Assembly (NCBI GenBank): GCA_001179505.1
Contig: CDMY01000293.1
Span: 62,001 to 126,000, forward strand
Reading direction: 5' to 3'
From: Vitrella brassicaformis CCMP3155
Lineage: Eukaryota; Protista; Chromerida
Length of the DNA stretch: 64,000 bases
The notes below the pieces were generated by a model. The model saw only the letters and a list, made by a program, of their open reading frames with translations, searched no databases and was not told where the DNA came from. Made by a program: the position numbers and the translations under genes. Shown one piece after another: positions 24,080 through 37,059 of the stretch (position 1 is its first letter; every line of letters starts with the position of its first letter).

Positions 24080-26944
24080 TTAGGAGGCAGGGGGGGCGAG
24101 CATGCTGTCTCTTCTGCCGCCATCCACCCATCCATCAACGGCCCAACTCAGCTGCTCATCCCACAAGCTGGGCTGACTCACTTGTGGTTTCCCCGTTGAA
24201 GCGTCCAGTCCGGCATGGGGACGGTCCTGTATTGGCTGCCGGTGCTCGATCCTGCCCGACTTGTGCTGGGACTGGATGGACGATTCAGCTTGTTGGTACT
24301 AGAGGCTGCATTGCACGGCACCCATCCAACACAGCACAACCACACGCAGACAGACAGATACTCAGATGCACGCTTGCGGGCAAGTAGGTGGGTGGGTGCT
24401 TACACGAGCTGCTGCCGGGCTTTTTTATGTCATCATTGGAGACGCCGAGTGCCTTGGCGATCTCGTCGTGACTGTCGCGCTGCATGGTGCTCTCATGGCC
24501 GCCAGGACCTGAATGTGGGCACCACGGAGAAACAGTGAGCATGACAAGCCCACACTTTCATGCACGTGTGCTTGATATGGTCACCCACCGAGCTTGAGGT
24601 TGGCGGGCAGGATGGACTCTGATGGGGGTGGCGTCGCATCCTCGGGGATCTGTGCTTCGCCACCGATGGACACCGCACTCCCAGCTGGCGGCCTTCATTC
24701 AAAATGACACCACACACACACACACACATGTGTATATCCATGTATGCTGCCATGCCATTGACGGTGTCAACGATTGCCATCTTCCCCAGTCCTCACATTT
24801 GCTCATCGGCCGTCTCGTCGTCGGTCAAGTCAATTTCTTCCTCTGTATCCTCCGCAGCAGATTGCTTTTCCTGCCCCTTCTGGGCGTCCTCGTCCGACTT
24901 GGGTGCGATTGGTGCCGGGGGTGGCGGGCGGCCGCCGTCCGCTGCCTCGTCGCCCTGTGCGTCCGCAACCGGCTCCTCCATGGTCTGGTCGTCACTTGCC
25001 TGTGGAAACGCGGGCAGACGGAGTGCGAGGCGTGTGGGATGATGGGTGGGTCATTCCCATGCACCTACATACCTGCAGCATCTCAGCCTGCTTGCCTTCG
25101 TCGTCGTCGTTGTTCGCCTCCTCCCTCTGCCGTTTCTTCCTCTGCTGGCGCCTCTCTTTCGGGCTCATGGTTTCCTCTTCGTCTGCCCGGGACACGCACC
25201 ACACAACACACACAAGACATCAGACATGCATAGATACATCTGTCACTGTCGTGCGCACCGTCGTCGGCTGCCACGTGTGCTTGCAAGTCTGGGTCAACGT
25301 CCCTGGTCCGCTCGCTCTTGTCCTTTTTTTCCTTCTGTGCCTTCTTCCTCTTCTCTCGTGGCGGCGGCCCCCTCTTCTCCCTCTCGCCGTCTTCCCCGCC
25401 TTCTGCGTCACCGTCGTCGGCGCCCATACTCATCGCCACGTCGTCAAGCTCTTCGTCACTCAGCAAAATCTGCCAACCGATCGACAACGATGCAGACATA
25501 CGTGTATATGGGTGCAGGGGGAAGGAGGGGAATGTACCGATCCGTCCGGCCCGATCTGGTCCGCAGTGATGAACGTGGCGTCGCGGAGCTCTTCGTCGGA
25601 GATGGTAGGCGCGGTCCCTGTACGGCGACTGCTGAACGGACCTCCGCCCCTGAGTGACACCAACACATGCACCAACAGACGTACAGCATACAGAAAGGAA
25701 GGATGTGTGCGCATGTCCTCACCCTTGTGCCACGGGGCCCTCTCTGCCTCTAGCGCGAGCCAAGTCGCCGAACACGGTTTCGCTGAGTGGTCTGTAGTCC
25801 GAGTTCATGTGGGGGTTGCCCTGCCGGCAACGCACCTCAAGAGGGTCATTACACCTACACACGGACAGCAGTGCCAGTCAGCCAACAAATAGCCATACAC
25901 CGACATGACAAGAAGGTACCATGTATTTTGCTGCGATCGTGGTGCGTTGCCAGTGCCGGGGCGGTTCTGAAGGGCTTCAGCAAAGCCGCCAGAGGGCGGC
26001 CCCAGGCCGCCGAAAGGACCCCCCCTACTCCCGCTGCCACCCCCTATGTCGGCTGAGCCCATCGGCAGGTCAGACGCGCCACCGCGCGCCTGCATGACAC
26101 GTATGACCCAGTAACACTCACATCGAAATTGTGTCAAAAATCATGGCTATCTGTCGCACTGCACCGCACCTACCTGCATAGCTTCTACATTGGGCCGTCT
26201 TCGTGACGATGACGGCGTCCTTCCTGCGCTGGTGGGCTCGAAGCCCTCGATGGACGGCTCGGTAGGCTGGCGCGGTTGATTGATGTTTGGATTCACACGT
26301 GCAGGAACACAGGCAGACAGAGATAGAGTTGCCTCCAATCTCCAAGTGAGTGGATGGATGCGTGCATTGTGGTCGGTTGGTGTGCTGCGCCTGCCTGTCT
26401 GTTGCCGAAGAGTCCTCCCCCTCCACCTCCACCTGCGCCCAAGCCGCCCATCGAAGGGCCACTGGGATTGGGATTGCGCGACTTGGCGAACTGATTCACA
26501 GCACCTGATCATACGTGACACGCCGGATCTGTGGTTGGTGCTCTCGCAGTCGGCTTCCTTGTCAGATGCATTTCTCACCCAGGATTGGCGCCACGACGCT
26601 CTGTGACGGCCCAGGGATGGCGCCGGCAACCATCTGACCAACGCCCTGCAGGCAGCAACACACAGCCGCAAACAACCAAACTCATTTGATCAGGCCATTG
26701 ATGCAGGATCATCCCGTGGCTTCTCACTTACCGATGCAGCCTGAAGGACTCCCAAGGCGCTGCCGTCGCCCTTGCCGATGCCCTGGAGCTCCCTCCCATG
26801 CTCCAGAAAACCGCCGTCCACACTGCTTGCTGCTCCGTCGCTCATCGGCGGCTCCTCGGGCATCTTGACGGCCTCGTACCATGCTGATACCGGGTCCAGC
26901 AGGCCGAGCAGGGCCAGCAGACCAAGCACGACCATGACAAACAT
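24080..26944 (-). CDS. Multi-exon low-complexity protein with an N-terminal signal peptide (Gly-rich, then Glu/Asp/Lys-rich)
   Basis: MFVMVVLGLLALLGLLDPVSA-WYE... followed by phase-compatible exons GVGQMVAGAIPG, GAVNQFAKSRNPNPSGPSMGGLGAGGGG, GNPHMNSDYRPLSETVFG, LLSDEELDDVAMSMGADDGDAEGG, EEPVADAQGDE...; the 3' end is approximate. Confidence 0.55.
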
Positions 26945-27498
26945 GTCACACACACTGAAAACTCCAACAGTCAGCTCGCACCACGTACAAACGTAAATTC
27001 GATCTATGGAACGGCGCTAGCCCATGCTGCGCGTGGCGTCTTGTCACCTGGACCAGGTGGAATGTGCTTCATCCTGAGTCCCCGCCCATGACGTTCAGCG
27101 CCGCCACGGAACTGACCGGCGTCATTTCACAGCTGAAGACTTCTCTCAGCGATGGGGCCTTGGAGATATCACGCACGGTTTGCGAGAGCTGATGGCAGGC
27201 GGAGAAGACAGGACGTCTTTTGGTAGACAGGCGTCCCCCAACTGTTGGCCCTAATGATATATAAGGATGATCGGACGTACGCGCATCCTGGACAGAATCA
27301 TGAAGCATAGACGCACGCATCCGTCTGTCCCGTCTGTCTGCTCGGCGACACAGATCGGCCCATGCGCGTCCACACACGGTCCATCCTCGGCCGCAGCGGC
27401 TCGCTCTCTCTGTACATACATGCAGCGAAGGTGTTAACCATTCAATAAATCAGTCACGATGCCGCCTCAATCCCGTACAGAGCTACATGCGCATTCAG

Positions 27499-30400
27499 TC
27501 AGTCGTCTTCCTCCCTCATTTCCTCGTCCTGGTCCTGGGACTCGCGCGTCTTCTTTTTGTCCTTCTTCTCCTGATCGTGAGCGAATGGATAACACACACC
27601 GACACCGACACAGGTAGGATGAACCAGGCTAACACGCGTGTGCCGGGGGAAGGAGTGACCAACGGACTGACTGACTGGCGGAGCTACCTACCTTGTCTTT
27701 GTGCTTGTCTTTGTGTTTTTTCTTCTTCTCCTTTTTGTCCTTTTTCTTTTTCTCCTTCTTGTCGTCACCGCCAGACGACTGATCGACATTCCGGCCAGAA
27801 GATGGACACACAGGAGGACCACACGTGAGTGAGGTGTTTGCCCGTCTTTCATACGAAGGGCACCTGACTGCATTCCATTCCTACCTTGTGTTTCTTCTTG
27901 GGTCGCTCCTCGTCATCGTCGTCATCATCGTCCTCGTCGGCGTACTCTTCGTCCTCAGAGTCCTCTGCAGACAGAAGTAATGTCACACCATAGATGTGGG
28001 TGTTGTCATGCCCCGTGTTGTGGCGTGTTTTGACGTATGGGCCTATGTGGGGAGGCAAGCGGCGTGCCTCCCTCAGTCCATCGACTGACTGACCGTCATC
28101 CATGTCTTCATAGTCCTCGTCATCGTCCTCATCGGACGGCAGATCTGATTGACAATATGGAGAGCCAGACGGGCAGACGGGCAGACGTATGTGTGTTGGT
28201 TTGCGGAGGGAGGGGGTGTTGGTTTGCGGAGGGAGGGGGAGGGGTACGGTACCTCCAGCAAATACGTCGGCATTGTCCTTGGCCTTGGACTCCTTCGTCT
28301 GCACACAACATCCGCACATAATGGAATGCATGCTTGCGTGATGGCTCCATGGTCCAAAGGCAGGCACCTGCTGCAGGTTCTTGATGTTGAGTTTGGCCTC
28401 GTTCTGGATGAAAGCAACCAGCGCCTGAACTCACACAAACACCGCACCGCATAGCGTCTGTGAGCGTGGCTGCGTACGTAAATGGTTCGTACGATCCATG
28501 TATGTGCGTACGTACGGTGTATTCGTGTCGGTCGACGGACGAGAAGAGATGCTCATCACCGCCCTTGACGTACACCTGACATATATATGCGACACATGCC
28601 AGAGCCACGCACACATACGTTGGTACACATCGACGCAGCTCCTCGATTGGATTTGTGTGTATGTACTTTGAACTCAAAGTATTTGGTCTGCGATCCGACG
28701 GTGCGGGAAAACTCCACTGACAAGACGTCCTCATACCTGACGGGCACATGACGGGTGAGAGGCAGACAGAAAAGAAGAACAAAGAAAGTGGCAGAGAGGA
28801 CGAATGGACACGTATCCATCTGTGCGGGTGCCCCAATCGGCCGACCATACCGAATGTATATGACGGGTTTTGGGATGAAGATGAAGCCGCGCTGCAAAGG
28901 GTACAGATGGCCCGCCGCAGCCTTGTTGCTGCACGCGATGCACTGCATGCATGTGAGAACACAGAGAGAGGGAGAGAGAAGGGAGTGTCGTGTGTCATGT
29001 GACCCACCCCCCCATCCACCGACCGATGTGTCAGATATGGCGCTCTTGAACTTCTGCGAGGGCATGATGGCCGGCTTCTCAGTCAATCCCTTTACCAAAC
29101 GCGTCAACACGTCATACATGCGACCTGCGCCCCCACAAACAAACAAACAAACAAACAAACAGCACCCCTGCCCTCTATCTGCCCATCCATCCATCTGGCC
29201 CTCTGCCTTCGTGTGCGCCTACCGGTCATGTTGGCCTCTAGTTTCTGCTTTGCAAATCTGTCGGAGTTGAGTTCCTCGTCGGTCAGGTTGACGTCCAGGG
29301 TGATGGTGTGGTCGGAGGGGAAGTTCATGACGACAAAGGGGTACCTCGTCTGGCCCTGGCGCATCGGCACGTCTAGCGCTATGATGACCGCCACGTGAAT
29401 GCCGTCCGCACGCGGCAACAGAAAGAACCTGAACGTATTACAGGACACCCAGCACACAGGACAACACATGCGTGAGTGCTTGTGAGGATGGGCGTGTGTG
29501 CGTGCCGGCAGGTAGACAGACAGACCTGTTGATGGTTTTGTATCTGACGGTGTAGTCGAATGACTTGCCGTGCAGCTTCATGGACGTCTTGAACAGGTCG
29601 ATGTCGTACTTGCCGCGCGGCACCAGGAAGGGCACGTCGGCGAGCGACGCCACCGGCTGCAAGCCCGTCGTCGACACACCAGCTTTCTCAACCAGCACCT
29701 ACACAACGACATACAGCCATCCAGCCATCCAGAGAGAGGTCAATGAGTGCACGTGTGGGAGGGTGGGTGTGGGTTTCATGAGTGTGTACGTTTCTGAGCT
29801 CCGTGGCGATGTCCCGCGCCTCTCCCGCGGCCTCGATGGCCCTCGGCGGGATGTAGAAGCGCACCTCCAGCAACTGATCGTCGAGCTGATCCCTGAGACA
29901 GACAGACAGACAGGGGTTCATGTACAGCGCGCGATGCAGGTGAGCTATATTGTGGGCGCGCATGTGTGTATAAGTATATTGATTGATATACCCACCCACC
30001 TGCTGTCGTCCTGGTGGAACTCGATTGCGATGTCGTTTTTGGATGGGTTGGTCACCTGCGCCATGTCGGCGGCGTGCAGGTCGAAGGCAGGCTTGCCGTC
30101 GACGTCGAAGATGAAATTCTTGCCTGCGATCACGCACAGACAAATCCATATATCGTGGTGGCTGATTGATGTGTGTTGCATTGCGTGTATGGCGTGTGCG
30201 CTATCTCTCTCCTCTGTGTGTGCTCTGTGTTGGCATGACGTGCCTTCGAAGGTGTAGTTGCCCCAGTGCCATCCGCGTGTGCCAATGCGGACGATTTTGG
30301 GGTCAATCTTGAAATACTCACGGAAGTGATTCGCCAGCTTCTCAGCATCCTGACACACCACATGTACACCACACGTCATGAGCTGCCCCCTCACGCACCA

Positions 30401-30958
30401 ACCCACCAGCCCATCCTGTTCCTCCCTCACCGATTCTTTGAATCCGTCGAATCGGTTGACGTCGCCGGTCGTCATGCTGAGTTTGAGCTGCCATGAGTCT
30501 CTGCTCGTGCGCATGATCTCGACCTTCTCCACCTCGTTCGGCTTGTACGTGTGGACGTGCTTCTCGGCGCCAGCACGACGCCACCCAAAGATGGTCTCAG
30601 TCATCTTGAACTGACCCTGACACAGCACAAGCAAGGTTGACACACAACACACAATTCGCAACGGGCACGGCTCACGCGCGCACAAAACACCACCGATGGA
30701 CGGATTCAGGAGGCGAGATGCCTCCCTCCCTCCCTCCCCTCCCCTCCCCTCCCGTTTGCTGCTCTCGCCGCCCTTCTTCCTTGACTGCATCCCGTCCGTG
30801 CGCACCGCGCCTATCTTTCTCTCTGTCTGTCTGCGTGCGCTGCGTACCGGTTCGTTGCGTCCGAACGCCCGAATGTTCTTGAAGGCTGCCGACGCGCCTG
30901 GCTGGCCGCCACCACCAGAAGCAGCGGCAGCGGCTGCGGCAGCCGGTGGCTCCGTCAT
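27499..30958 (-). CDS. SSRP1: FACT complex subunit SSRP1/POB3
   Basis: GQFKMTETIFGWRR..., GTRGWHWGNYTFEGKNFIFDVDGKPAFDL, VTNPSKNDIAIEFHQDD, DQLLEVRFYIP, VPFLVPRGKYDIDLF..LHGKSFDYTVRY, LDVPMRQGQTRYPFVVMNF, GHLYPLQRGFIFIPKPVIYIRY, acidic/Lys-rich tail ending EEMREEDD*. Confidence 0.95.
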
Positions 30959-31001
30959 CTATGGCTTGGTTCTCTCTGTCTCGTGATCTGTGCTCCAAAA
31001 T

Positions 31002-31019
31002 CGGGGGTTGATTGGGGTT
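31002..31019 (-). promoter_or_regulatory. 18-bp CCAAT-containing motif, identical to 11787-11804
   Basis: cgggggttgattggggtt occurs exactly at 11787-11804 and 31002-31019, each upstream of a minus-strand gene (sense strand AACCCCAATCAACCCCCG). Confidence 0.4.
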
Positions 31020-31248
31020 GGAGGAAAGGTTGGCGAGTCAACAGACGCACGTTGTGTGTGTGCGATGAGGGACAGAACGACTTGACGAGCAGAACGAAAG
31101 AACTACACCAAACTCTGTATGGTTTAGGGTTTCGGGGGTTTGGGGTTTCCTCCGAAGCAGAAGGCTGGTCGACTCCTATCGCATCCGGCGCCTCTGAACC
31201 CTAACCCTAACGACACAGGGAGGAGGGGTACTCACTTCGTATACATGG

Positions 31249-31279
<31 letters not shown>

Positions 31280-31320
31280 TGTGCAGGTCGTTGGGCGTCT
31301 GCGCACTCGCCGCCATCGGC

Positions 31321-32560
31321 ATGCCTGACGCGGTGAGTGGTCACACACGGGGCCAGTGAACACGTATACACGATGCACACGGACAGCGTTCCATCTTCCT
31401 GTGCTGGATTGCCTTGCCCTTGGTTTTCCGTCGATGCAGGTATGTGCCGCAAGTCTGTGGTGCCGTCGTAGAGCTCACTCGCTGGAAAATCAACTGAGGT
31501 AAGAAGCAGCCACCTCACGACACACGCACATATCCAATACCCCCCATGTGTGTCACCTGTATACCTCTGACAGAGTGTTTCTCGCCGACGAAGACGAGTG
31601 CGTCCACCGCGGCCACACGGCGTTAGCACCATCGAACACTCCATTGACCCAGGTAGACGACGAGGCAGACCGGGGCAAACACACCTACATATCAGAGGTT
31701 GATTGGGTGGATGGAGTGGATGGAGTGGATGGAGTGGATGGATGGATGGATGGTTGGGTNNNNNNNNNNNNNNNNNNNNNNNNNNNNNNNNNNNNNNNNN
31801 NNNNNNNNNNNNNNNNNNNNNNNNNNNNNNNNNNNNNNNNNNNNNNNNNNNNNNNNNNNNNNNNNNNNNNNNNNNNNNNNNNNNNNNNNNNNNNNNNNNN
31901 NNNNNNNNNNNNNNNNNNNNNNNNNNNNNNNNNNNNNNNNNNNNNNNNNNNNNNNNNNNNNNNNNNNNNNNNNNNNNNNNNNNNNNNNNNNNNNNNNNNN
32001 NNNNNNNNNNNNNNNNNNNNNNNNNNNNNNNNNNNNNNNNNNNNNNNNNNNNNNNNNNNGGCGGGTGGGTGGGTGGGCGGGCGTGAGGGGAGGAGAGCGG
32101 AAGGCAGGGGAGGCATGACTTATGTGATTTGCCCAGGAACTCAGACTCACTGCGAACAGGTAGTGAGTCGCTCTTTTTTCAGCCAACCCCCACCTCTCAC
32201 TGTCTGTTTCTTGAACGGGCGGTAGCGCGAGCAGCCCCTCTCTTGTCCCCTCTTGTTCGCCGCTACCGTGCTACGCCATTGTTTGTACTCGACAGTCACA
32301 GAGCCACTCAGACAGGACAGAGAGGAGCCTTTCGTACATGTGTGTGTGTATGTCAGGTCAACGGCTGGTTCCGCTCTGGCAGCGACCTCTGGATGGACGG
32401 ATACCGGCAGCGCGCCAGTCAGCCGTACCAGATACAGCTACTGCCCACCATTGTCCGCTGTCGAGCCGTCTACTACATCCCGGGGCCGTACACGATGCTC
32501 CAATATTGCGACGCTCAGTGGCATCCATTTAACCGATTCATTGCCTGTCGTCTCGTCTGA
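31321..32560 (+). CDS. Hypothetical multi-exon protein (gap-interrupted); last exon weakly BAH-like
   Basis: Spliced MPDAVCAASLWCRRRAHSLENQLRVFLADEDECVHRGHTALAPSNTPLTQ, then the gap, then VNGWFRSGSDLWMDGYRQ...QIQLLPTIVRCRAVYY...RFIACRLV*. Confidence 0.4.
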
Positions 32561-33012
32561 ATGCTTCAGCACATACGTATCGATCCTGCATCTTAAGAGT
32601 CCTTCGGATCGAGACGTTCAGTGTTCCGTTCGCATGTTCCCCTCCCCGTCTCTCTTCCCTTTTCCCTTTGCCCATCTCTCCTCTCCTGCAAAAATGAAAA
32701 AAAAAAACACACACACACACAGAACAACACAAAAGAAAAGAAAAGAGACCGATGTCGTGACGCATCCATCCATCCGTTGGAGGACAATTCACTGAGTGAG
32801 ACGCAGCCAGCCAGGAAAACCTCTCTCTCTCTCTCTCTCTGTGTCTCTGTCTCTTTTACAGTCTGTCTGTGTATATATATATATGTGTGTGTGTATCTGT
32901 GGACATACACCCTTGCTGAAGCATACACCTCACAAGGAGCTAGCCTACGAATTGAATATCTTGACTTGCTTCTTGATGTTCGCCATGATCTCTGGTCTCC
33001 GCCCACATAAAG

Positions 33013-34518
33013 TTATTTCTTGTACTCCGCCATGATCCCTCTGATTCTCTGCATGTCCCACGGCGTCTTTCCCTGTTGTCATGAGATGAGATGAGCACAT
33101 CACTCAACCATCGATGGTGTGAATGTCTGTGTGTACTCACGTCGTTGTCTGGGATGTCGAGCAGATCACCTTTGCCCCACTCGAGCCTTTGAGAATGACA
33201 CAGAGACAGAGACAGAATGGAAGAGACACTCGCGTCAGTCAGTCATCTGTGTCGCTCACAGCTGAGACACAGTTGCAGAGTGTCCATTGGATGCAGCCCA
33301 ATGGAGTGCCGTCCAGTTGTCCTGTGTGTGTCATGCAAACAGGCAAAGGCAATCAATCAGATGAGAGGCATTCTGTGTTTCGCGCGTGAGGTCTCACCTT
33401 GTTTGTCTGAGTGAGCAGCCTTTTCCCTCCCTTGGCATACAGAGCCTTCAGCACATGGACACGACCATTGAAGGCAGCAATGATGAATGGCGTTTCGCCA
33501 TCCTGCAATCAACACACACACACACACTCGGCACACTGAGGTGTCAGAGACATGTGTGTGCTCTGTTACCTCGTTGCGAGTATCGATCAGTTCGGCATCC
33601 CACTCCAGCAGCTGATTGACCGCCGCAGGACGGCCCCCCCCCGGCAGCCCAGTGCAGAGCATTCTCACCAAACTGCATTCCATCACAGCCAACACACATC
33701 TTCCCTGGTGACTACCAGCACACAGGATGGTTTGTCTGTGTCGGTACCGCGTCTGTTGTTTGCTGCAGTACGTCAGGTTTGCTCTCATGGATGACTTTCA
33801 TGACGTCGACGTGACCGTAAAGCGCAGCCAGGAGGAAGGGTGTGAGCTGCGCGCATTGATGAGAACACACAGCCAGACCACTGAGTGCATTTCTGTCGTC
33901 TTTCGCGATTGCACACCTCGTACTCGTCTCGTTTATCGAGTATGTCTTCTCCCTCCTCAGCGATGAGCGAACCAACGAGGAGCGAATCTCCGGTCCTGAC
34001 AGCTTTGAAGATGTCATTCTGACACACAAGCAGCACAAGAACAGCGAACCATTGACGTGTGGGGTTCAGCTGCTGTCGCCCTTACGTGTTTGATCAGAGG
34101 TTGCGGGAGTATTTGCTGAGCCTGGTGGAGGACGTTGTGGGCCAGGAGGGCGAGGTTGTTGGCGGCCGACGTGGTGCGGTCAAGCTGCTCCTGCAGCTGC
34201 ACGAGGGACAGTTCGGCAGACGTCCCTGCATTGCAACAGTGCACCCCCCCACAGACACACGCACATATGATCGCATGGCGCACGTATTCCTCGTTGATGG
34301 ACACACATGGACGCACCGGCAGACCAGAATGAATGCGCATGCAGGACGGACTTACTCTGCTCACGGGTGCCATTGGCGGTGACGAGGAGTTCTACGAGGA
34401 TGGTCAGTGCGACCAGAAAAAACGTCTTGTGCCGATGGCACGCCCATGCACGCATGGACGGACTTGCGGGCGCGATTGACGAGGTGGATGCGTTGGGGTT
34501 CAGAGTGAAACACATCAT
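33013..34518 (-). CDS. Ankyrin-repeat protein with a hydrophobic signal-like N-terminus
   Basis: ANK-like exons NDIFKAVRTGDSLLVGSLI, LTPFLLAALYGHVDVMKVI, DGETPFIIAAFNGRVHVLKAL, HWAASNGHSATVSQL; N-terminal TFFLVALTILVELLVTANG. Confidence 0.8.
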
Positions 34519-34655
34519 TCTGATGAGTGAAGGGACCACACGAGTCTCGTTAAACACACTAACCAACCAGACGCCTATCTACGAGCATCATTCTCGTTCC
34601 TGACCAACTGCCTGACCCACCACAGGCAAGCTGTCCATCCTTCCCACACACATGC

Positions 34656-34715
34656 ACACGTGTACACACTCACTCTCTGCTATACGTATCTCAGGTTGCC
34701 CCTATGCTCTTAGCG
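34656..34715 (+). repeat. 60-bp direct repeat, copy 1 (copy 2 at 37000-37059)
   Basis: acacgtgtacacactcactctctgctatacgtatctcag(g/a)ttgcccctatgctcttagcg; one mismatch between the copies. Confidence 0.9.
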
Positions 34716-34827
34716 CGACGTCGCGCAGAGAGGATCTTCCCTCCTATCCATCAGACTCGGCTTGCAGCCCATCGTCATCGCACCGCTGCCAATCAAACTA
34801 TCAACAACTCCTGTCACACGGCGTCCA

Positions 34828-36368
34828 ATGGCGTTGTTGGCGCCTCTTCTTCTCTTCTCTCTGACAAAATTGAGAGCCGCCGTTGTGCATCCCGCACGCA
34901 TGGATCTGGCTTTATTCGGCACACCTGTTGGCAACATCAGACCGACGTCAAGACGCACACTGCGGAGAGCCGCAAAAAAGGTGTGGACACGAGGACACGC
35001 AATAAGGAAAGGTTGGATGACACACGCGACTGTCTGTCTGCTTTCGCCTCAGCGTGACAGTTTGGTGGCGATGCAGAAGGAATCCGACACTCGAACGAAG
35101 GGCAAAAGTGAGCACAAAACACGGACGTCGCCCCGCATCTGTATTGGGTGCTCATTGGGGTGCCTTTCCATAGAACTCCTACAAGTAGCACGTACCCCAG
35201 AGAAAGCCTTCAGCCTACCTGTTGCTATCGTGCACATATGTACTGATATCAAGAACTTCATTCTGAATGGCATCAGAGGGGCAACGAGGTGGGGATGGTT
35301 AAGAGCAGCGGGTGGGTGCCATGGATTGCACCTCACTCGTCAATATGTTTGCCATCCAGGTGGACACCGCATAGCGTGGGCTCTTTCATGAGGATGCAGC
35401 AGAAAGCGACGGCGGAGCCTCCGGCCGTTCCTGTGCCGCCGCCACGGTCGATGGAGGAGCGTTCACTGAGCAGCCCTGCTAGCGTGCGACCAGGTACAAT
35501 GGAAGCCTGATACAGATAAGTGCCAGTAGAAATGCGTGTGCGTGTCTGTCGTTGGCTTGGTTCAGGCACGCCGATTGGCAATGTGTATGCGCCAGGTGAG
35601 GCTGAAGAGCGATTGGGCATCGCCCCGCTGCCACGAATCACACTTACACCTGAGCTGGTTGCCGGGCGCGAGGCACTCTGGAGAAACCTTGGCAGAGAGT
35701 ACGTCACGTCAGATCACTCACCAGCCCACACATATGCAGACCCACACCACACCTTGCGTACGTACGCTATGCCGCGTCGTCAGGTATACTTTGGCCGACA
35801 TAAAGCAAAGCAACATCCTCACGTTAGGGTACTATGTTTGGCCGTTGCTCTACGAGATGGTCACGCGGACTGACTGGCGCATCTGCGTTATTCCCTATGA
35901 CCAAAACAACAAGGCTCTCTCGATGTCATTCATCGTGTCCAAGGACGCCGGGCTCCCGCTGGGAGATCAATATGGAAGGGCCCTGTGGGTGCTGGTCGGC
36001 GATGATCTCAAGGAGGCCAAGCATGATGACGCGCTCAAGATGCGACTCGAGAAGCAGGCACTCAGATACGGCTGCACCGTGGACAATTTTGGAGACTGGG
36101 ATTTCTACAAGTACAACTTCGAAGAGAGCGACTCACTGGAGCACATCACGAAGATCCGCGGGGACGACAGCCACCTCCAAGAGATAGTCGACTTCATTGT
36201 TGAGCTGCTGCACAGAGATGACATGGGAATTCCGGTTCCACGTTGGGACTATCTCGATGGCATCAAACGAATCATGGCCATGAATGCAGGTAACAGACAG
36301 ACAGATAGACATGTTCACCCACACGAGTGCATCTTTATACATCTACAGGTGAAGGTGTGGAGGAATGA
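34828..36368 (+). CDS. Hypothetical protein with a bipartite (signal + basic transit-like) leader, possibly plastid-targeted
   Basis: MALLAPLLLFSLTKLRA-AVVHPARMDLALFGTPVGNIRPTSRRTLRRAAKK; phase-consistent exons through GTPIGNVYAPGEAEERLGIAPLP and YTLADIKQSNILTLGYYVWPLLYEM...WDYLDGIKRIMAMNA-GEGVEE*. Confidence 0.6.
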
Positions 36369-36632
36369 GTGCATCGGAAGTGTGGCTGGCACGTTCGATG
36401 ACTGCAGTGCAGGAAGCGAACTTCAGTGCAGGAAGCCAATGCAAGGCTATGGGTCTTCCTGCCATGGCTGGGAAGACAGTCAGGCGTATAAGTCAGGCAT
36501 ATACATGATTGTCTGTTTTTGGTCGCCATTCTTTAACCTGATGACTCAATTCGGCTTGAAAATCATGCAGCAAACGCAGTGCGAGAATGTCATCCCAGCC
36601 ATATCTCACAAGAAGACGATGGAGCAAAGAAG

Positions 36633-36999
36633 TCAGCCACTGGAAGACTCGTCATGAGAAAACGCCAGTAAAGTTGAGTCTTCCAGCTCAGCGAGAACGC
36701 GTTGCATATCTGACACATTCTGAATCTTCAACGATTCGCCATCTTGCACAAAACGGTACAGTGGCAGTATCTCATCGCCTGGCTCGTACACCTGCTTCAT
36801 GTCTTGTGTTTGTTCCAAGCGCTCTAGCGAGTACGAGTACCTTGCCCATTTCCAACCGTTTGAAAGCGCCCGTTGTGGGATGTTCTCGTCTTCAAGGGTC
36901 AGCAAGTATGAGCAGAGCTGCATTCGCCGGGACGACGAGCACCTTTTTCTTGCCCTTGTCGGTCGTGAACTCGACAGTGTCGCCCGTCTCCTCGTCGGG
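36633..36999 (-). CDS. Short coding-like fragment downstream of the second 60-bp repeat
   Basis: YTCPDEETGDTVEFTTDKGKKK can splice to LCSYLLTLEDENIPQRALSNGWKWARYSYSLERLEQTQDMKQVYEPGDEILPLYRFVQDG...; no clear start codon. Confidence 0.3.
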
Positions 37000-37059
37000 A
37001 CACGTGTACACACTCACTCTCTGCTATACGTATCTCAGATTGCCCCTATGCTCTTAGCG

